Below are positions 40,381-50,246 of a stretch of DNA of 64,000 nt, piece by piece (the stretch's first letter is position 1; every line of letters begins with the position of its first letter). Source of the DNA: an uncultured Candidatus Saccharibacteria bacterium (GTDB lineage Bacteria > Patescibacteriota > Minisyncoccia > Phycocordibacterales > Zambryskibacteraceae); NCBI GenBank assembly GCA_964618905.1, contig CAZUDK010000001.1:13982-77981 (forward strand). The letters are read 5' to 3'. Both the position numbers and the translations under genes were made by a program. The notes under the pieces were generated by a model. The model had not been told where the DNA came from, made no database searches, and saw only the letters and a program-made list of their open reading frames with translations.

Positions 40381-40520
40381 AGCAGTTTGCCCCAGGGCTT
40401 GCCCTAGGGTTAGACGTGGACACTATAGCATACTCTTAAATTATCCACATTGACCTAAAAAATAGGTAGAGTATTGTTGAGTTTAGAAGCACATCTCACC
40501 ACACTCGTCGTAGGAGAAAC

Positions 40521-40781
40521 ATGATTCGACCTGGTGAAGGCGGCACTCTCAAACGGTCTGCACAGAAGTACGTACCCAAAAACAGGAGGAAACGACTTCG
40601 TAGATGTGAGACATGCAACAAGCTTTGTTACTCCACCATGAAAGAAGCAGATAATGCTGCTTCTAGGTGGAATAAAAGAAATCCTTGGGAGAAAGAGAGG
40701 AAAGTATACCCTTGCGGAGAATTCTTCCATGTCGGCCGTCCGCCGGACACTGAGACACCTTCAACCGCAGAAAAATCATGA
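40521..40781 (+). CDS. Small basic Cys-containing hypothetical protein
   Basis: RCETCNKLCYS...YPCGEFFHVG. Confidence 0.35.
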   Translation: MIRPGEGGTLKRSAQKYVPKNRRKRLRRCETCNKLCYSTMKEADNAASRWNKRNPWEKERKVYPCGEFFHVGRPPDTETPSTAEKS

Positions 40782-40935
40782 ACTTCATCCCCTGCCTCCT
40801 GTTGCTGTAAGTTAGCCTCTACGACACTTCGTCAAAGAGGTAAACCTATACTGCAACAGGAGGTGATCCATCAGGGCTGCGGGAAAGTTGCCCATACCCG
40901 CTGTATGCACAGCAAATAACAGAACCATTCACAAA

Positions 40936-40975
40936 CCCCGGCAGAAGCCGGGGTGCTATTTTTATTTATTTTTTA
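40936..40975 (+). terminator. Rho-independent terminator
   Basis: ccccggc-agaa-gccgggg is followed by a long T-rich tract. It overlaps the uvrB stop. Confidence 0.6.
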
Positions 40976-43053
40976 TCCAATCTGCTCTCAAGTACCTGTA
41001 TCTCATCCCGCAAAATGGCAGCAGTTTCAAAATCCAGCAATTTAACTGCTGCTTCCATTTCTTTTGTTTTTTGCTTTATCAGTTTCTTTGGATTCTTTTC
41101 GAGCATTTTCTTATCTGCTTCAAGCAAAACACCGACAGCTTGCCTATGCTCTCTCTCCAGAGTATCTGTAATATCCTTAACCTTCTTCATGATCGTCTTC
41201 GGAGTAATGCCATGCTCCTTGTTATATTCAATCTGTATTTTTCGGCGCCTTTCGGTTTCGCTTATAGCCCTCTCCATTGAACCTGTTATATTGTCTGCAT
41301 ACAAAATCACTTTGCCTTCAACATTTCTGGCTGCTCGGCCGATAATCTGAATAAGAGATGTTTCAGAACGCAGGAAGCCTTCTTTGTCGGCATCTAAAAT
41401 TCCTATAAACGTAACCTCAGGCAAGTCTAAACCTTCACGCAGAAGATTGACGCCCACTAAAACATCAAACTCACCCTTCCTGAACTTGGTAAGGATTTCT
41501 ATGCGCTCGATAGTTTTTATTTCGCTATGAAGATATTCAGCCTTTATTTTTTTCTCCTTGAGGAATTCACTCAAGTCTTCCGCCATTTTTTTGGTCAAAG
41601 TCGTAGCTATCACTCGCCCGCCTTTCTTCACAGCCTTACCAGCTTCAGCAATAAAGTCATAAACCTGACCTTTATAAGATCCTTTCTGCTGAATCGGTCT
41701 GACAGAAATTTCCGGATCGATAAGTCCTGTAGGGCGAATGACCTGCTCCACCACTTGCTCGGATTTTTCTTTCTCAAACTTTCCCGGAGTGGCGCTTGTA
41801 AATATGACTGGTCCAATTCTCTCCTCGAACTCTTCAAACTTGAGCGGCCTGTTGTCTTTTGCTGAAGGTAGGCGGAAGCCGTGCTCTACGAGTGTGTCCT
41901 TGCGCGCCTTATCGCCAGCATACATTGCCCCTATCTGCGGCACGGTTACGTGTGATTCGTCGATGATGGTTAGAAAATCCGGAGTACCATCTGTCTTGTG
42001 TGGAAAGTAGGAAAGCAAAGTATCCGGAGCTTCACCCGGCTTCTTGCCAGAAAAATGCCTTGAATAATTTTCTATACCATTGGTATAGCCAACCTCACGG
42101 ATCATGGCTAGGTCGTATGAAGTTCTGCGTTTGAGCCTTTCAACTTCCAAAATTTTACCCTCGGCTTTCATTTCCTCCAGACGCTCTTCCAGTTCCTGTT
42201 TGATGCTCGCCAGTGCTCTCTTCATCTGATCCTCGGCAGTTATAAAGTGCTTGGCCGGAAACAAAAAGAATGCTTCCGGTTCGGAAATTATTGAATGCGA
42301 CACTGCATCTATTTTCTTTATTGTATTTATCCTGCCTGCTTCTATTTCTATTCTGTAAAGATTTCTCTCCGAGACCGGCATTATTTCCACAGCATTGCCC
42401 AAGGCTCGAAAAGTGCCGGGCTTTAAATCTGCATTAGTTCGAGTGTAGTGAATATCTATAAGCTCGCGGATAAAATCAGCTCGCGAGATCGCCTGGCCTT
42501 TCTCTATCTTCATATTGACCTTCTCATACTCGGCCGGAGAACCAAGACCATAGATGCATGAGACGGAAGCTACGATGATCACATCTTTTCTTGTCAGGAG
42601 CGCCTGGGTGGAAGCATGGCGAAGGCGGTCTATCTCTTCGTTTATCATCGCTTCCTTTTCTATATATGTATCTGTTACCGGCATGTACGCTTCAGGCTGG
42701 TAAAAGTCGTAATAGGAGACGAAGTAATGCACAGCATTGTCCGGAAAAAATTCTCTGTACTCCTGGGCGAGCTGGGCAGCCAGAGTTTTGTTATGGGCAA
42801 TAACGAGAGTTGGTTTGCCGTAATTAGCTATGACATTGGCCGCTGTAAAGGTTTTGCCCGATCCAGTAACACCAAGAAGGGTTTGGTAATCAAAACCCTT
42901 TTCAAGACCTTCCGTTAGCTCCTTGATAGCCTTAGGCTGATCCCCTGCCGGCGGAAATTCGCTTTTGAGATTAAAAACTGACATGTGACGTATCTTACAC
43001 CTCTTTAACGTATTTCGACAAAAACTCTTTTTTGAATTCGTGGAAGTTTCCAT
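40966..43053 (-). CDS. uvrB: Excinuclease ABC subunit B
   Basis: GVTGSGKT is Walker A. The DESH box is IIDESHVT. A C-terminal UVR coiled coil is present. The probable start is MSVFNLKSEF. Confidence 0.95.
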   Translation of the reverse strand: METSTNSKKSFCRNTLKRCKIRHMSVFNLKSEFPPAGDQPKAIKELTEGLEKGFDYQTLLGVTGSGKTFTAANVIANYGKPTLVIAHNKTLAAQLAQEYREFFPDNAVHYFVSYYDFYQPEAYMPVTDTYIEKEAMINEEIDRLRHASTQALLTRKDVIIVASVSCIYGLGSPAEYEKVNMKIEKGQAISRADFIRELIDIHYTRTNADLKPGTFRALGNAVEIMPVSERNLYRIEIEAGRINTIKKIDAVSHSIISEPEAFFLFPAKHFITAEDQMKRALASIKQELEERLEEMKAEGKILEVERLKRRTSYDLAMIREVGYTNGIENYSRHFSGKKPGEAPDTLLSYFPHKTDGTPDFLTIIDESHVTVPQIGAMYAGDKARKDTLVEHGFRLPSAKDNRPLKFEEFEERIGPVIFTSATPGKFEKEKSEQVVEQVIRPTGLIDPEISVRPIQQKGSYKGQVYDFIAEAGKAVKKGGRVIATTLTKKMAEDLSEFLKEKKIKAEYLHSEIKTIERIEILTKFRKGEFDVLVGVNLLREGLDLPEVTFIGILDADKEGFLRSETSLIQIIGRAARNVEGKVILYADNITGSMERAISETERRRKIQIEYNKEHGITPKTIMKKVKDITDTLEREHRQAVGVLLEADKKMLEKNPKKLIKQKTKEMEAAVKLLDFETAAILRDEIQVLESRLDKK

Positions 43054-44206
43054 CCAAAATGCTCTGGCGCATTCTTTTTACTAAATTGATGATGAAGTAA
43101 AGGTTGTGCATAGAGCCCAGTGTGCCGCCGAGCATCTCATGCGCACGGTAAAGATGACAGATATAAGCACGGGAATAATTTTGACACACTTCACATCCGC
43201 ACTCGGCATCTATAGGTCCAGAGTCTTCTCTGTATTCTGCATTTCTGATATTAATCTTTCCTCTTGATGTATAAAGAGTGCCTCCTCTGCCGTTTCTTGT
43301 TGGGGCCACACAGTCAAAGAGGTCCACTCCATTTTCCACACCCATAAAGAGGTCTTCCGGCTCGCCGATTCCAAGAAGATGCACTGGCTTTTCTCTCGGC
43401 AATATTTCATTAACCCATTTGACCGCCGTTTCCATATCCTCTTTGGCGAACGAGCCTCCGATGCCAAAGCCATCAAAGTCCAAGCCGCCAATAAATTCCG
43501 CAGACCTTTTGCGCAAAACCTCTTCCCTGCCTCCTTGAACAATTCCAAACAAAGCCTGATCTTCTGAATTAGACTTTGACTTATGATAATCGAGAGATTT
43601 CTTTGCCCATCTATGCGTCCTCTCAAGAGCTTCTTCCTGATATCTGAAATCCTCGGCCGGAGAAGTGCATTCATCAAAAGCAAATACCATGTCCGCGCCG
43701 ATATTGTGCTGTATCTCTATCGACTTCTCCGGTGTTATGTAGTGAAGAGAACCATCCAAATGCGATCGGAAAGACACGCCTTCGGAGCCGATTTCCGCAA
43801 GACGGGGTATCTCACCTTCACTGGAACGCTCGCGGAGCATTTGCGATGGCTCTGTTATTTTTACAACCTTGGAAAGCTCTTTTCCATAAGCAGCACCTAA
43901 AGAGAAAACCTGGAATCCTCCCGAATCGGTCATGGTTGGACCATCCCAATTCATAAATTTATTCAATCCACCAAGATTTTTAATTCTTTCAGCTCCCGGC
44001 TCTAAATAAAGGTGATAAGTATTAGCCAGTACAACTTCTGCGCCGACTGACTTAACTTGCTCTGGCGTCAAAGCCTTGACTGCCGCCTTAGTACCAACGG
44101 TAACGAAAGCCGGCGTATTGATCACTCCATGCTTAGTCTCCAGAGTACCAGCCCTGGCCAGCGATCCGGTCAATTTCTTTTGGATGTTGAATTTTATAGC
44201 ACTCAT
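42995..44206 (-). CDS. tgt: Queuine tRNA-ribosyltransferase
   Basis: TPAFVTVGTKAAVKALTPEQVKSVGAEVVLANTYHLYL and the C-terminal zinc site CxCxxC...H. Confidence 0.9.
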   Translation of the reverse strand: MSAIKFNIQKKLTGSLARAGTLETKHGVINTPAFVTVGTKAAVKALTPEQVKSVGAEVVLANTYHLYLEPGAERIKNLGGLNKFMNWDGPTMTDSGGFQVFSLGAAYGKELSKVVKITEPSQMLRERSSEGEIPRLAEIGSEGVSFRSHLDGSLHYITPEKSIEIQHNIGADMVFAFDECTSPAEDFRYQEEALERTHRWAKKSLDYHKSKSNSEDQALFGIVQGGREEVLRKRSAEFIGGLDFDGFGIGGSFAKEDMETAVKWVNEILPREKPVHLLGIGEPEDLFMGVENGVDLFDCVAPTRNGRGGTLYTSRGKINIRNAEYREDSGPIDAECGCEVCQNYSRAYICHLYRAHEMLGGTLGSMHNLYFIINLVKRMRQSILDGNFHEFKKEFLSKYVKEV

Positions 44207-44296
44207 TTGCCTCTACATTATCAAACTGTGTAATAAACACCTAGTTCAAACGTCGAAAGCCATCGGAAAGCACATACCAAACTTCAGGAGGCGCTG

Positions 44297-45031
44297 ATGC
44301 ACTGCTTGAAGAACCAAAACTCCAGAGAAGACAGAAGGAGAAGCAACGTCAGACTTCCCGGGCTAAGGATATATAGCTTGGGAATAGTAAGAGAGTCCAG
44401 AGTTGCTGAAGATGTATACATCAAGCACGATGAAGCCTTCAGCCACTATGACTCGGAAAAGTGGCAAACTGCTTACAGTCTGCACGAGCACTGCATCATC
44501 GTCTCAAGAGTTTCGGCAACTACAACTGCAGAAAGAGGTGGAGATGAAAAAGAGGTCTCGCTATCAAGAATAGCAGGACTCTTACATGATATAGGCAAGC
44601 TCAGTGAAGCCTGCCATATCTACCGCCTCAATCGCAAACTGAGCTTGGAGGAGAAGAGGAGGGTGAGCAAGCATGCACGGCTATCCTCTATCTATATTCT
44701 ATCAAGGCTGAGAAAGGTCAGACCGCAGGACAGGAAGTTTCTTAAAAGAGCCTGCGTGCCGATCAAGTGGCATCACAAGCCGTGGCGAGTGATTCGGCCG
44801 AGACTGCGAATGATTGCCTGGGACATAATGCTCTCAGACATCTTCACCGCCTTGATGGAGACAAGACACAGGCCGGGGCTCTCGCAGTTTGAAGCTATCG
44901 AAGCCTTGCCTGAAGTTGTTGCCAAGAAGGTCCCTCGACTTTTTCAATTCATCTTTGGCAGAGAGATCAAGTTGAGCATAGACGCTCTTACCAGACTTTA
45001 CGGAAAGGAGAGCATAGCACTTCTGCCATAA
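44297..45031 (+). CDS. HD-domain phosphohydrolase
   Basis: The LLHDIGK HD motif. An SD sequence aggagg precedes the ATG. Confidence 0.6.
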   Translation: MHCLKNQNSREDRRRSNVRLPGLRIYSLGIVRESRVAEDVYIKHDEAFSHYDSEKWQTAYSLHEHCIIVSRVSATTTAERGGDEKEVSLSRIAGLLHDIGKLSEACHIYRLNRKLSLEEKRRVSKHARLSSIYILSRLRKVRPQDRKFLKRACVPIKWHHKPWRVIRPRLRMIAWDIMLSDIFTALMETRHRPGLSQFEAIEALPEVVAKKVPRLFQFIFGREIKLSIDALTRLYGKESIALLP

Positions 45032-45044
45032 TTCGAGGGAGCGG

Positions 45045-45074
45045 GCCGGGCCACATTGTGGCCCGGCTTTTTGC
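45045..45074 (+). terminator. Rho-independent terminator
   Basis: gccgggccac-att-gtggcccggc is followed by tttttgc. Confidence 0.6.
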
Positions 45075-45098
45075 AACTGTCATACACTGATTATAAAT

Positions 45099-46103
45099 TT
45101 ACCTCTTCGTAATAATACTCTTCTTGTATACATCCAAATGTTCAAGGGCAACTCCCGTACCTTTTGCCACGCAATAGTAAGCATCATCAGCAAGCACTGC
45201 TTTTACTCCTGTCCTTCTGAGTACCAATTCCGGCAAATGCCTGAGCTGGGAAGAACCACCTGTCATAATGATGCCTCTGTCTATAATATCTGCCGAAAGT
45301 TCAGGCGGCGTCTCCTGCAAGACATCCTTAATAGCCTTAACCATTCCTCGAAGTTCCTTGGAAATAGCTTTGACTATTTCATTGGTCTTAAGCTCAATAG
45401 TCCGAGGCAAACCTAATATTGAATCCCGACCTTTTATCGGCATCACCAGCTCCTCATCCAAAGAAACTGCCGAACCTATTCGTATCTTGATATCCTCAGC
45501 CATCTTGTCTCCTATGGCTAAGTTGTAAACTTTTTTGATGTAATCTGCGATTGCCGCATCTATTTTATTTCCAGCAACCTTTACGGAAGTTGAAGACACT
45601 ATTCCTCCGAGAGAAATAACAGCCACGTCAGTAGTTCCCCCACCAATGTCCACTATCATGTGTCCCGCTGCTTCTTGAATTGGAATGCCTGCGCCTATAG
45701 CAGCCAGAATAGGTTCTTTAACAACATATGCATTTTTAGCTCCGGCTTTAATTGCCGCTTCGATAACCGCTCGGCGCTCTGTAGATGTGACACCCGCCGG
45801 CACAGATACAAGCACATCCGGCTTCCAGATATTCCATTTACCCAAAGCTTTATCTATATAATGCCTAAGCATCGCTTCAGTAACTCTATAGTCCGCTATC
45901 ACTCCGTCCTTCATCGGGCGATAAGCCACAATCTCATCAGGAGTTCTACCTACCATGGTCTTAGCTTCTGCTCCGACAGCTAAAATCCTATTATCATCTT
46001 CAGATACTGCCACTACAGAGGGCTCATTGAGGACGATTCCTTTACATGGAACGAACACCAGAATGTTAGTCGTACCGAGATCTATACCGAGTTTCTTTGC
46101 CAT
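45099..46103 (-). CDS. mreB: Rod shape-determining protein MreB
   Basis: LGIDLGTTNILVFV and DIGGGTTDVAVIS are the actin-fold phosphate motifs. Confidence 0.95.
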   Translation of the reverse strand: MAKKLGIDLGTTNILVFVPCKGIVLNEPSVVAVSEDDNRILAVGAEAKTMVGRTPDEIVAYRPMKDGVIADYRVTEAMLRHYIDKALGKWNIWKPDVLVSVPAGVTSTERRAVIEAAIKAGAKNAYVVKEPILAAIGAGIPIQEAAGHMIVDIGGGTTDVAVISLGGIVSSTSVKVAGNKIDAAIADYIKKVYNLAIGDKMAEDIKIRIGSAVSLDEELVMPIKGRDSILGLPRTIELKTNEIVKAISKELRGMVKAIKDVLQETPPELSADIIDRGIIMTGGSSQLRHLPELVLRRTGVKAVLADDAYYCVAKGTGVALEHLDVYKKSIITKR

Positions 46104-46140
46104 AAATAAGTGGATTACTTCACTATGATACTATAGCTCT

Positions 46141-48129
46141 ATGAAATCTGGAAAAGAACCCGTCTCGCGTCGACGAGATTCCGCGAGTCGAGACGGGAAG
46201 ATAAGAAGAGTGGCAATGAGGGCAAGTTCACCTTCTGTAGTAGAAGTCATCCCAATTGTTAAAGGCTCTATGAAGCCTTCTCTTTCCTATTTCACAAGCA
46301 AAGTAGTAGAGGTGGGTGAATTTGTAAAAGTGCCTCTCAGAAAAGGAGAAGCTGTTGCCATAGTTACTGCTGTGCATGACGCAGAGAAAGCTAAGACTCA
46401 TCTTAAGAGCTCGCCTTTTGCCCTTAAAAAACTTTCAAGCCTCGGCTTGCAAAAAAAATCCGGTAAAGGGAGCACCAAAGAACCGGAGAAAGCCCGCATA
46501 GGAAAAGCTTTCATGGCGGCGGCGGAGAAATGCGCCAAATATTATTCTTCAACTACCGGCAGCGTCCTCGATGCTCTCATACCGAAAATAATCCTCGACG
46601 AGCCGCAGCTCGTATTTACAAAAAAACAAGAAGATCAGAAGCTAGATAAATCAGGTCCCAAAAATGAACCACTATTGATCCAGCTCGATGAGAACGAACG
46701 CTTCGGACAATACAAGAGCATTATCCGCGAGAGCTTAGCTAAAAAGTCTTCGGTTATGTTTATTACTCCTACCGAAGAGGAAGCTCTGCGTGCCTTTGAA
46801 TTCCTCTCTCATGGCATAAGTGAATATGCTTACCTCTTTACTCTTAGCCAAAGCACTAAATCCTTAAAAAAGGTCTTGAATGAGGCAGCTGATTCAGAGC
46901 GGCCAGTGCTATTTGTCACCACTCCTTCTGGGGTATCTTTCAACAGACCGGACCTCGACACCATCATCCTAGAGAAAGAAAATTCCAGAGCATACAGGAC
47001 TATGACTCGTCCATACATGCACCTTAAAGTTTTCTTGGAATATCTGGTGCAGCAATCTGCAAAGAGACTGATCTTTGGAGATTCAGTGCTTTCTTTGGAA
47101 TCTCTATGGAAGGAAAAAGAAGGCGAATACAAGGATTTCTTCCCTCTTAAATGGAGGCTTCCTTCAGATAGCCATGTCAGGCTCATAGACATGAAAGCAG
47201 AGCAGAGAGAAACTAAGAAATTCGATATCTTCTCCCAAGAGCTTAAAGAGATGATACAGAAAGCATTGGAAGAAAAAGAGAAAGTATTCCTCTTCGGTGC
47301 TCGCAAAGGTCTTTCCCCCACCACCATTTGTGGTGACTGCGGCTCCATTCTTACCTGCAAAAACTGTGGCGGCCCAGTGGTCTTACACCGCAAGGAAGAG
47401 AATTCGGGAGAGAACATATATATCTGTCATGCCTGCAGAGCACGCAGACCGGCCGAAACTGCATGCGACACCTGCGGCAGCTGGAAACTTTCTGCCATCG
47501 GCATTGGAACAGACCTCATAAAAGAAGAAGTGAAAAATATTTTCCCGAAGGCAAGAGTGATGTCTCTCGACAAAACTCATGCCAACACCAATGCTAAGAT
47601 CCAGAAAATAGTCCAAGACTTTGAAAGCGGCGGTGAAATATTAGTAGGCACTGAACTGGCTCTTCTATATATGAAAAGAGTGCCTTATGTAGGATTGGTG
47701 TCAGTCGATGCGCTCTTCTCTATACCAGACTTCTGCATAAACGAAAGAATATTTTATCTTGTAAGCAAGCTCAGAGAAATTTCTTATAAAGAAACTGTTA
47801 TTCAAACTCGCAACATTGGTAAGATGGTTCTGACCCAGGCTGCTGCCGGAAATATTCTTGATTTCTACAAGGATGAAATATCAGAACGGGAAGAGATAAA
47901 ATACCCACCTTTCTCATTATTTATTAAAATTACTCCAGTCTCCAAAGAAGCAGCCAAGATTGTGCCGAATCTCAAAGAGACCTTGATGAAGTGGAGACCG
48001 GATGTGGTAAAGGATTCCTTGGTCATCCGCCTGCCGAGAGAAAAATGGCCGGATCAAGAACTCAGAGAAGAACTGTCTTTGCTTACTCCAGACTTTTCAA
48101 TTAAAGTAGACCCCGAAAGCATACTATAA
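46141..48129 (+). CDS. priA: Primosomal protein N' (PriA) homolog with degenerate Walker A and Walker B motifs
   Basis: An N-terminal 3'-DNA-binding-like domain is present. The PriA Cys-rich zinc region is CGDCGSILTCKNCGG...CHACRAR...CDTCGS. A C-terminal domain is present. GxTGSGKT is replaced by LDENERFGQYKS and DEEH by LEKEN. Confidence 0.75.
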   Translation: MKSGKEPVSRRRDSASRDGKIRRVAMRASSPSVVEVIPIVKGSMKPSLSYFTSKVVEVGEFVKVPLRKGEAVAIVTAVHDAEKAKTHLKSSPFALKKLSSLGLQKKSGKGSTKEPEKARIGKAFMAAAEKCAKYYSSTTGSVLDALIPKIILDEPQLVFTKKQEDQKLDKSGPKNEPLLIQLDENERFGQYKSIIRESLAKKSSVMFITPTEEEALRAFEFLSHGISEYAYLFTLSQSTKSLKKVLNEAADSERPVLFVTTPSGVSFNRPDLDTIILEKENSRAYRTMTRPYMHLKVFLEYLVQQSAKRLIFGDSVLSLESLWKEKEGEYKDFFPLKWRLPSDSHVRLIDMKAEQRETKKFDIFSQELKEMIQKALEEKEKVFLFGARKGLSPTTICGDCGSILTCKNCGGPVVLHRKEENSGENIYICHACRARRPAETACDTCGSWKLSAIGIGTDLIKEEVKNIFPKARVMSLDKTHANTNAKIQKIVQDFESGGEILVGTELALLYMKRVPYVGLVSVDALFSIPDFCINERIFYLVSKLREISYKETVIQTRNIGKMVLTQAAAGNILDFYKDEISEREEIKYPPFSLFIKITPVSKEAAKIVPNLKETLMKWRPDVVKDSLVIRLPREKWPDQELREELSLLTPDFSIKVDPESIL

Positions 48130-48695
48130 TGCCTGAGACTAAAAAAACTGTGGCTAAAAAGCCAGCTAAGACCATAAGAACAAAGGATGATCCCATCTTG
48201 CGGGAGAAGGCGGAGCCTGTGCCTGTAAAAGAAATAACATCCGAAAAAATCCAAAAAGTTTTGATAGAGATGAGTAAGGCTCTTCATGGAGAAGATGACG
48301 GCGTGGCGATAGCCGCGCCGCAAATCGGAGAAAAGCTTAGAATTTTTGTTGTGAATACAGAAGCTCTCAGCGAGCTTACAGGCGACCCGAATTCGGATGC
48401 AAAAAAGAATGTCGAAGACATGGTTTTCATAAATCCTGAGATAAAGAAGCTGTCTCGCAAAAAAGTATGGATGGAAGAAGGATGCCTTTCGGTAAGATGG
48501 CTATACGGCAAAGTCAAAAGAAGCGAGAAAGCAACGGTGACAGCCTACGATAGAGACGGTAAAAAATTCGAGAAAGGCGCTTCAGGCATACTGGCCCAAA
48601 TATTCCAGCACGAAACAGATCACTTGAATGGCATTTTATTCATAGACAAGGCTAAAGACCTTGAAGATTTGCCTCCCGATAATGAAAACAGCTAA
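48129..48695 (+). CDS. def: Peptide deformylase
   Basis: The GVAIAAPQIG, EGCLSV and QHETDHLNG motifs. Confidence 0.95.
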   Translation: MPETKKTVAKKPAKTIRTKDDPILREKAEPVPVKEITSEKIQKVLIEMSKALHGEDDGVAIAAPQIGEKLRIFVVNTEALSELTGDPNSDAKKNVEDMVFINPEIKKLSRKKVWMEEGCLSVRWLYGKVKRSEKATVTAYDRDGKKFEKGASGILAQIFQHETDHLNGILFIDKAKDLEDLPPDNENS

Positions 48696-49569
48696 AGAAC
48701 AAGAAATAAAATTTGTATTCTTCGGCACTTCAGAATTTGCTGTCGGCGTACTTGAAGTTTTAAAGAAAGAAGGCATGATGCCTTCTCTTGTTGTTACTAC
48801 GGAAGACAAGCCGAAAGATAGAGGTCTTGGCCTACAGCCCACTCCGGTAAAACAGTGGGCAGAAATACATGGAATTACGGTGTTCCAGCCGAGTGATTTG
48901 AAGTCGGATGATGTTTATAAAAGACTTGAAGAAGAGCAAGCAGAGTTATTTATAGTCGCCTCTTATGGCAAGCTTCTGCCGGAGAGAATATTTGAATTGC
49001 CACCTCACAAAACTTTAAACGTACACCCTTCCCTGCTTCCAAAATTAAGAGGTCCCGCTCCTATAGTAAGCGCCATACTCGAAGGCCAAGAGACAGGAGT
49101 AACCATCATGCTTATGAGTAAAGAAATGGACGCCGGACCGATATTATCCCAAAAGCAAGCTGTGATTCCTGATATGCAGAATGACCCTCCAAGAAGAGAC
49201 TCTTTGGAAGAACTTTTGGCCAGAGAAGGCGGTGAACTTTTAGTGGAAACTATCCCAGCATGGATCAGTGGAAACATAAAACCAAGAGAGCAAGATCAGA
49301 ACGAAGTCACTTATACCAAAAAAATCGAGAAGCAGGACGGGCTTCTTAATATCTTTTCAGATCCCTTGGAAAATTTGCGCAAAGTGAGAGGTTATTGGGG
49401 CTGGCCCGGAGCTTTTATGTTTTTCAAAGATAAGAATGGAAATAAAGTGAGAGTAGTGGTGAAAGAGGCAGAAATTTCAAATGGAATATTCACCCCCATA
49501 TCAGTCGTACCTGAAGGCAAAAAAGAAATGCCTTGGAAAGATTTTTTAAGAGGGCGAAGAGAGTTATAG
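48661..49569 (+). CDS. fmt: Methionyl-tRNA formyltransferase
   Basis: The N-terminal formyltransferase core (NVHPSLLPKLRG) and a C-terminal tRNA-binding domain. Confidence 0.9.
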   Translation: MKICLPIMKTAKEQEIKFVFFGTSEFAVGVLEVLKKEGMMPSLVVTTEDKPKDRGLGLQPTPVKQWAEIHGITVFQPSDLKSDDVYKRLEEEQAELFIVASYGKLLPERIFELPPHKTLNVHPSLLPKLRGPAPIVSAILEGQETGVTIMLMSKEMDAGPILSQKQAVIPDMQNDPPRRDSLEELLAREGGELLVETIPAWISGNIKPREQDQNEVTYTKKIEKQDGLLNIFSDPLENLRKVRGYWGWPGAFMFFKDKNGNKVRVVVKEAEISNGIFTPISVVPEGKKEMPWKDFLRGRREL

Positions 49570-49737
49570 ATCCTCAAGCTGTGAGGTAAATTCATCTCCG
49601 TAAACACTAGGACTGAGCACCCCTCCTGCGCTTTTTTCAACTCTTACTAGAAAAAACAGTATCACTGCCGTAAGTAAGCCGCCGGCAAGCACGGTAAACG
49701 ACACCCACGGAGAAGCTTTTTGATTTAAATAATTCAT
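49564..49737 (-). CDS. Small TM protein of 57 aa, unannotated in the ORF track
   Basis: MNYLNQKASPWVSFTVLAGGLLTAVILFFLV... Its ATG overlaps the hpf stop as ATGA. Confidence 0.3.
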   Translation of the reverse strand: MNYLNQKASPWVSFTVLAGGLLTAVILFFLVRVEKSAGGVLSPSVYGDEFTSQLEDL

Positions 49738-50141
49738 TTTCTTTTCTTTAAACCTTTAATCTTGAGCTTGCCGGCGGTCCAAGAGAATCCCTTCATCATA
49801 TTTTTTATCGCCTCCCCACCCTTGCGCGACAGTGTATTGTTTCTGCCTTTAGCTCTCTTTATCTCTCTCTTGATTTCATCCTTTACTGCGTCTATGGCAG
49901 ACAATATATTGTCATTCTCCGATACTGCATATAGATCTAATCCATCTCCGCTTATATGCACCTCGGCGCGGAAAATATCTCCGCTTTGATGGTGGTTCGT
50001 AACCTTGCCTACTTCTACCCTAACTATTATGTCCGGACTCTTGTTCTTGAAATATTTATCAAGAGAGCCGATCTTCTTGTTGACATAATCTGATATCTCA
50101 GACGTGAGTTCAATATCAGAAGCTTTGATGCTGATGTTCAT
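49734..50141 (-). CDS. hpf: Ribosome hibernation promoting factor with a basic C-terminal tail
   Basis: MNISIKASDIELTSEISDYVNKKIGSLDKYF is the HPF/RaiA fold signature. Confidence 0.85.
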   Translation of the reverse strand: MNISIKASDIELTSEISDYVNKKIGSLDKYFKNKSPDIIVRVEVGKVTNHHQSGDIFRAEVHISGDGLDLYAVSENDNILSAIDAVKDEIKREIKRAKGRNNTLSRKGGEAIKNMMKGFSWTAGKLKIKGLKKRK

Positions 50142-50246
50142 GACATTGAAAAATTATCGTTTATTAATTTCTAATGTAATTATACCCTGCTAGATATCAA
50201 ATAGGCAAAACCTAATAAATCTAAGATTTTGATCCGGTAAATTAGT

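Noticed and set aside
40858-40869. AGGAGGTGATCC, the complement of the 16S rRNA 3' terminus. It raised the question of an rRNA gene on the minus strand.
   Set aside because: Only 12 nt match. The flanking sequence has no similarity to 16S helix 45 or to the rest of the rRNA, and no rRNA operon features are present.
49392-49640. An 82-aa minus-strand ORF overlapping the 3' end of fmt
   Set aside because: It overlaps a well-supported gene and has a low-complexity translation. A shorter 57-aa TM ORF coupled to the hpf stop is the more plausible reading of this strand.
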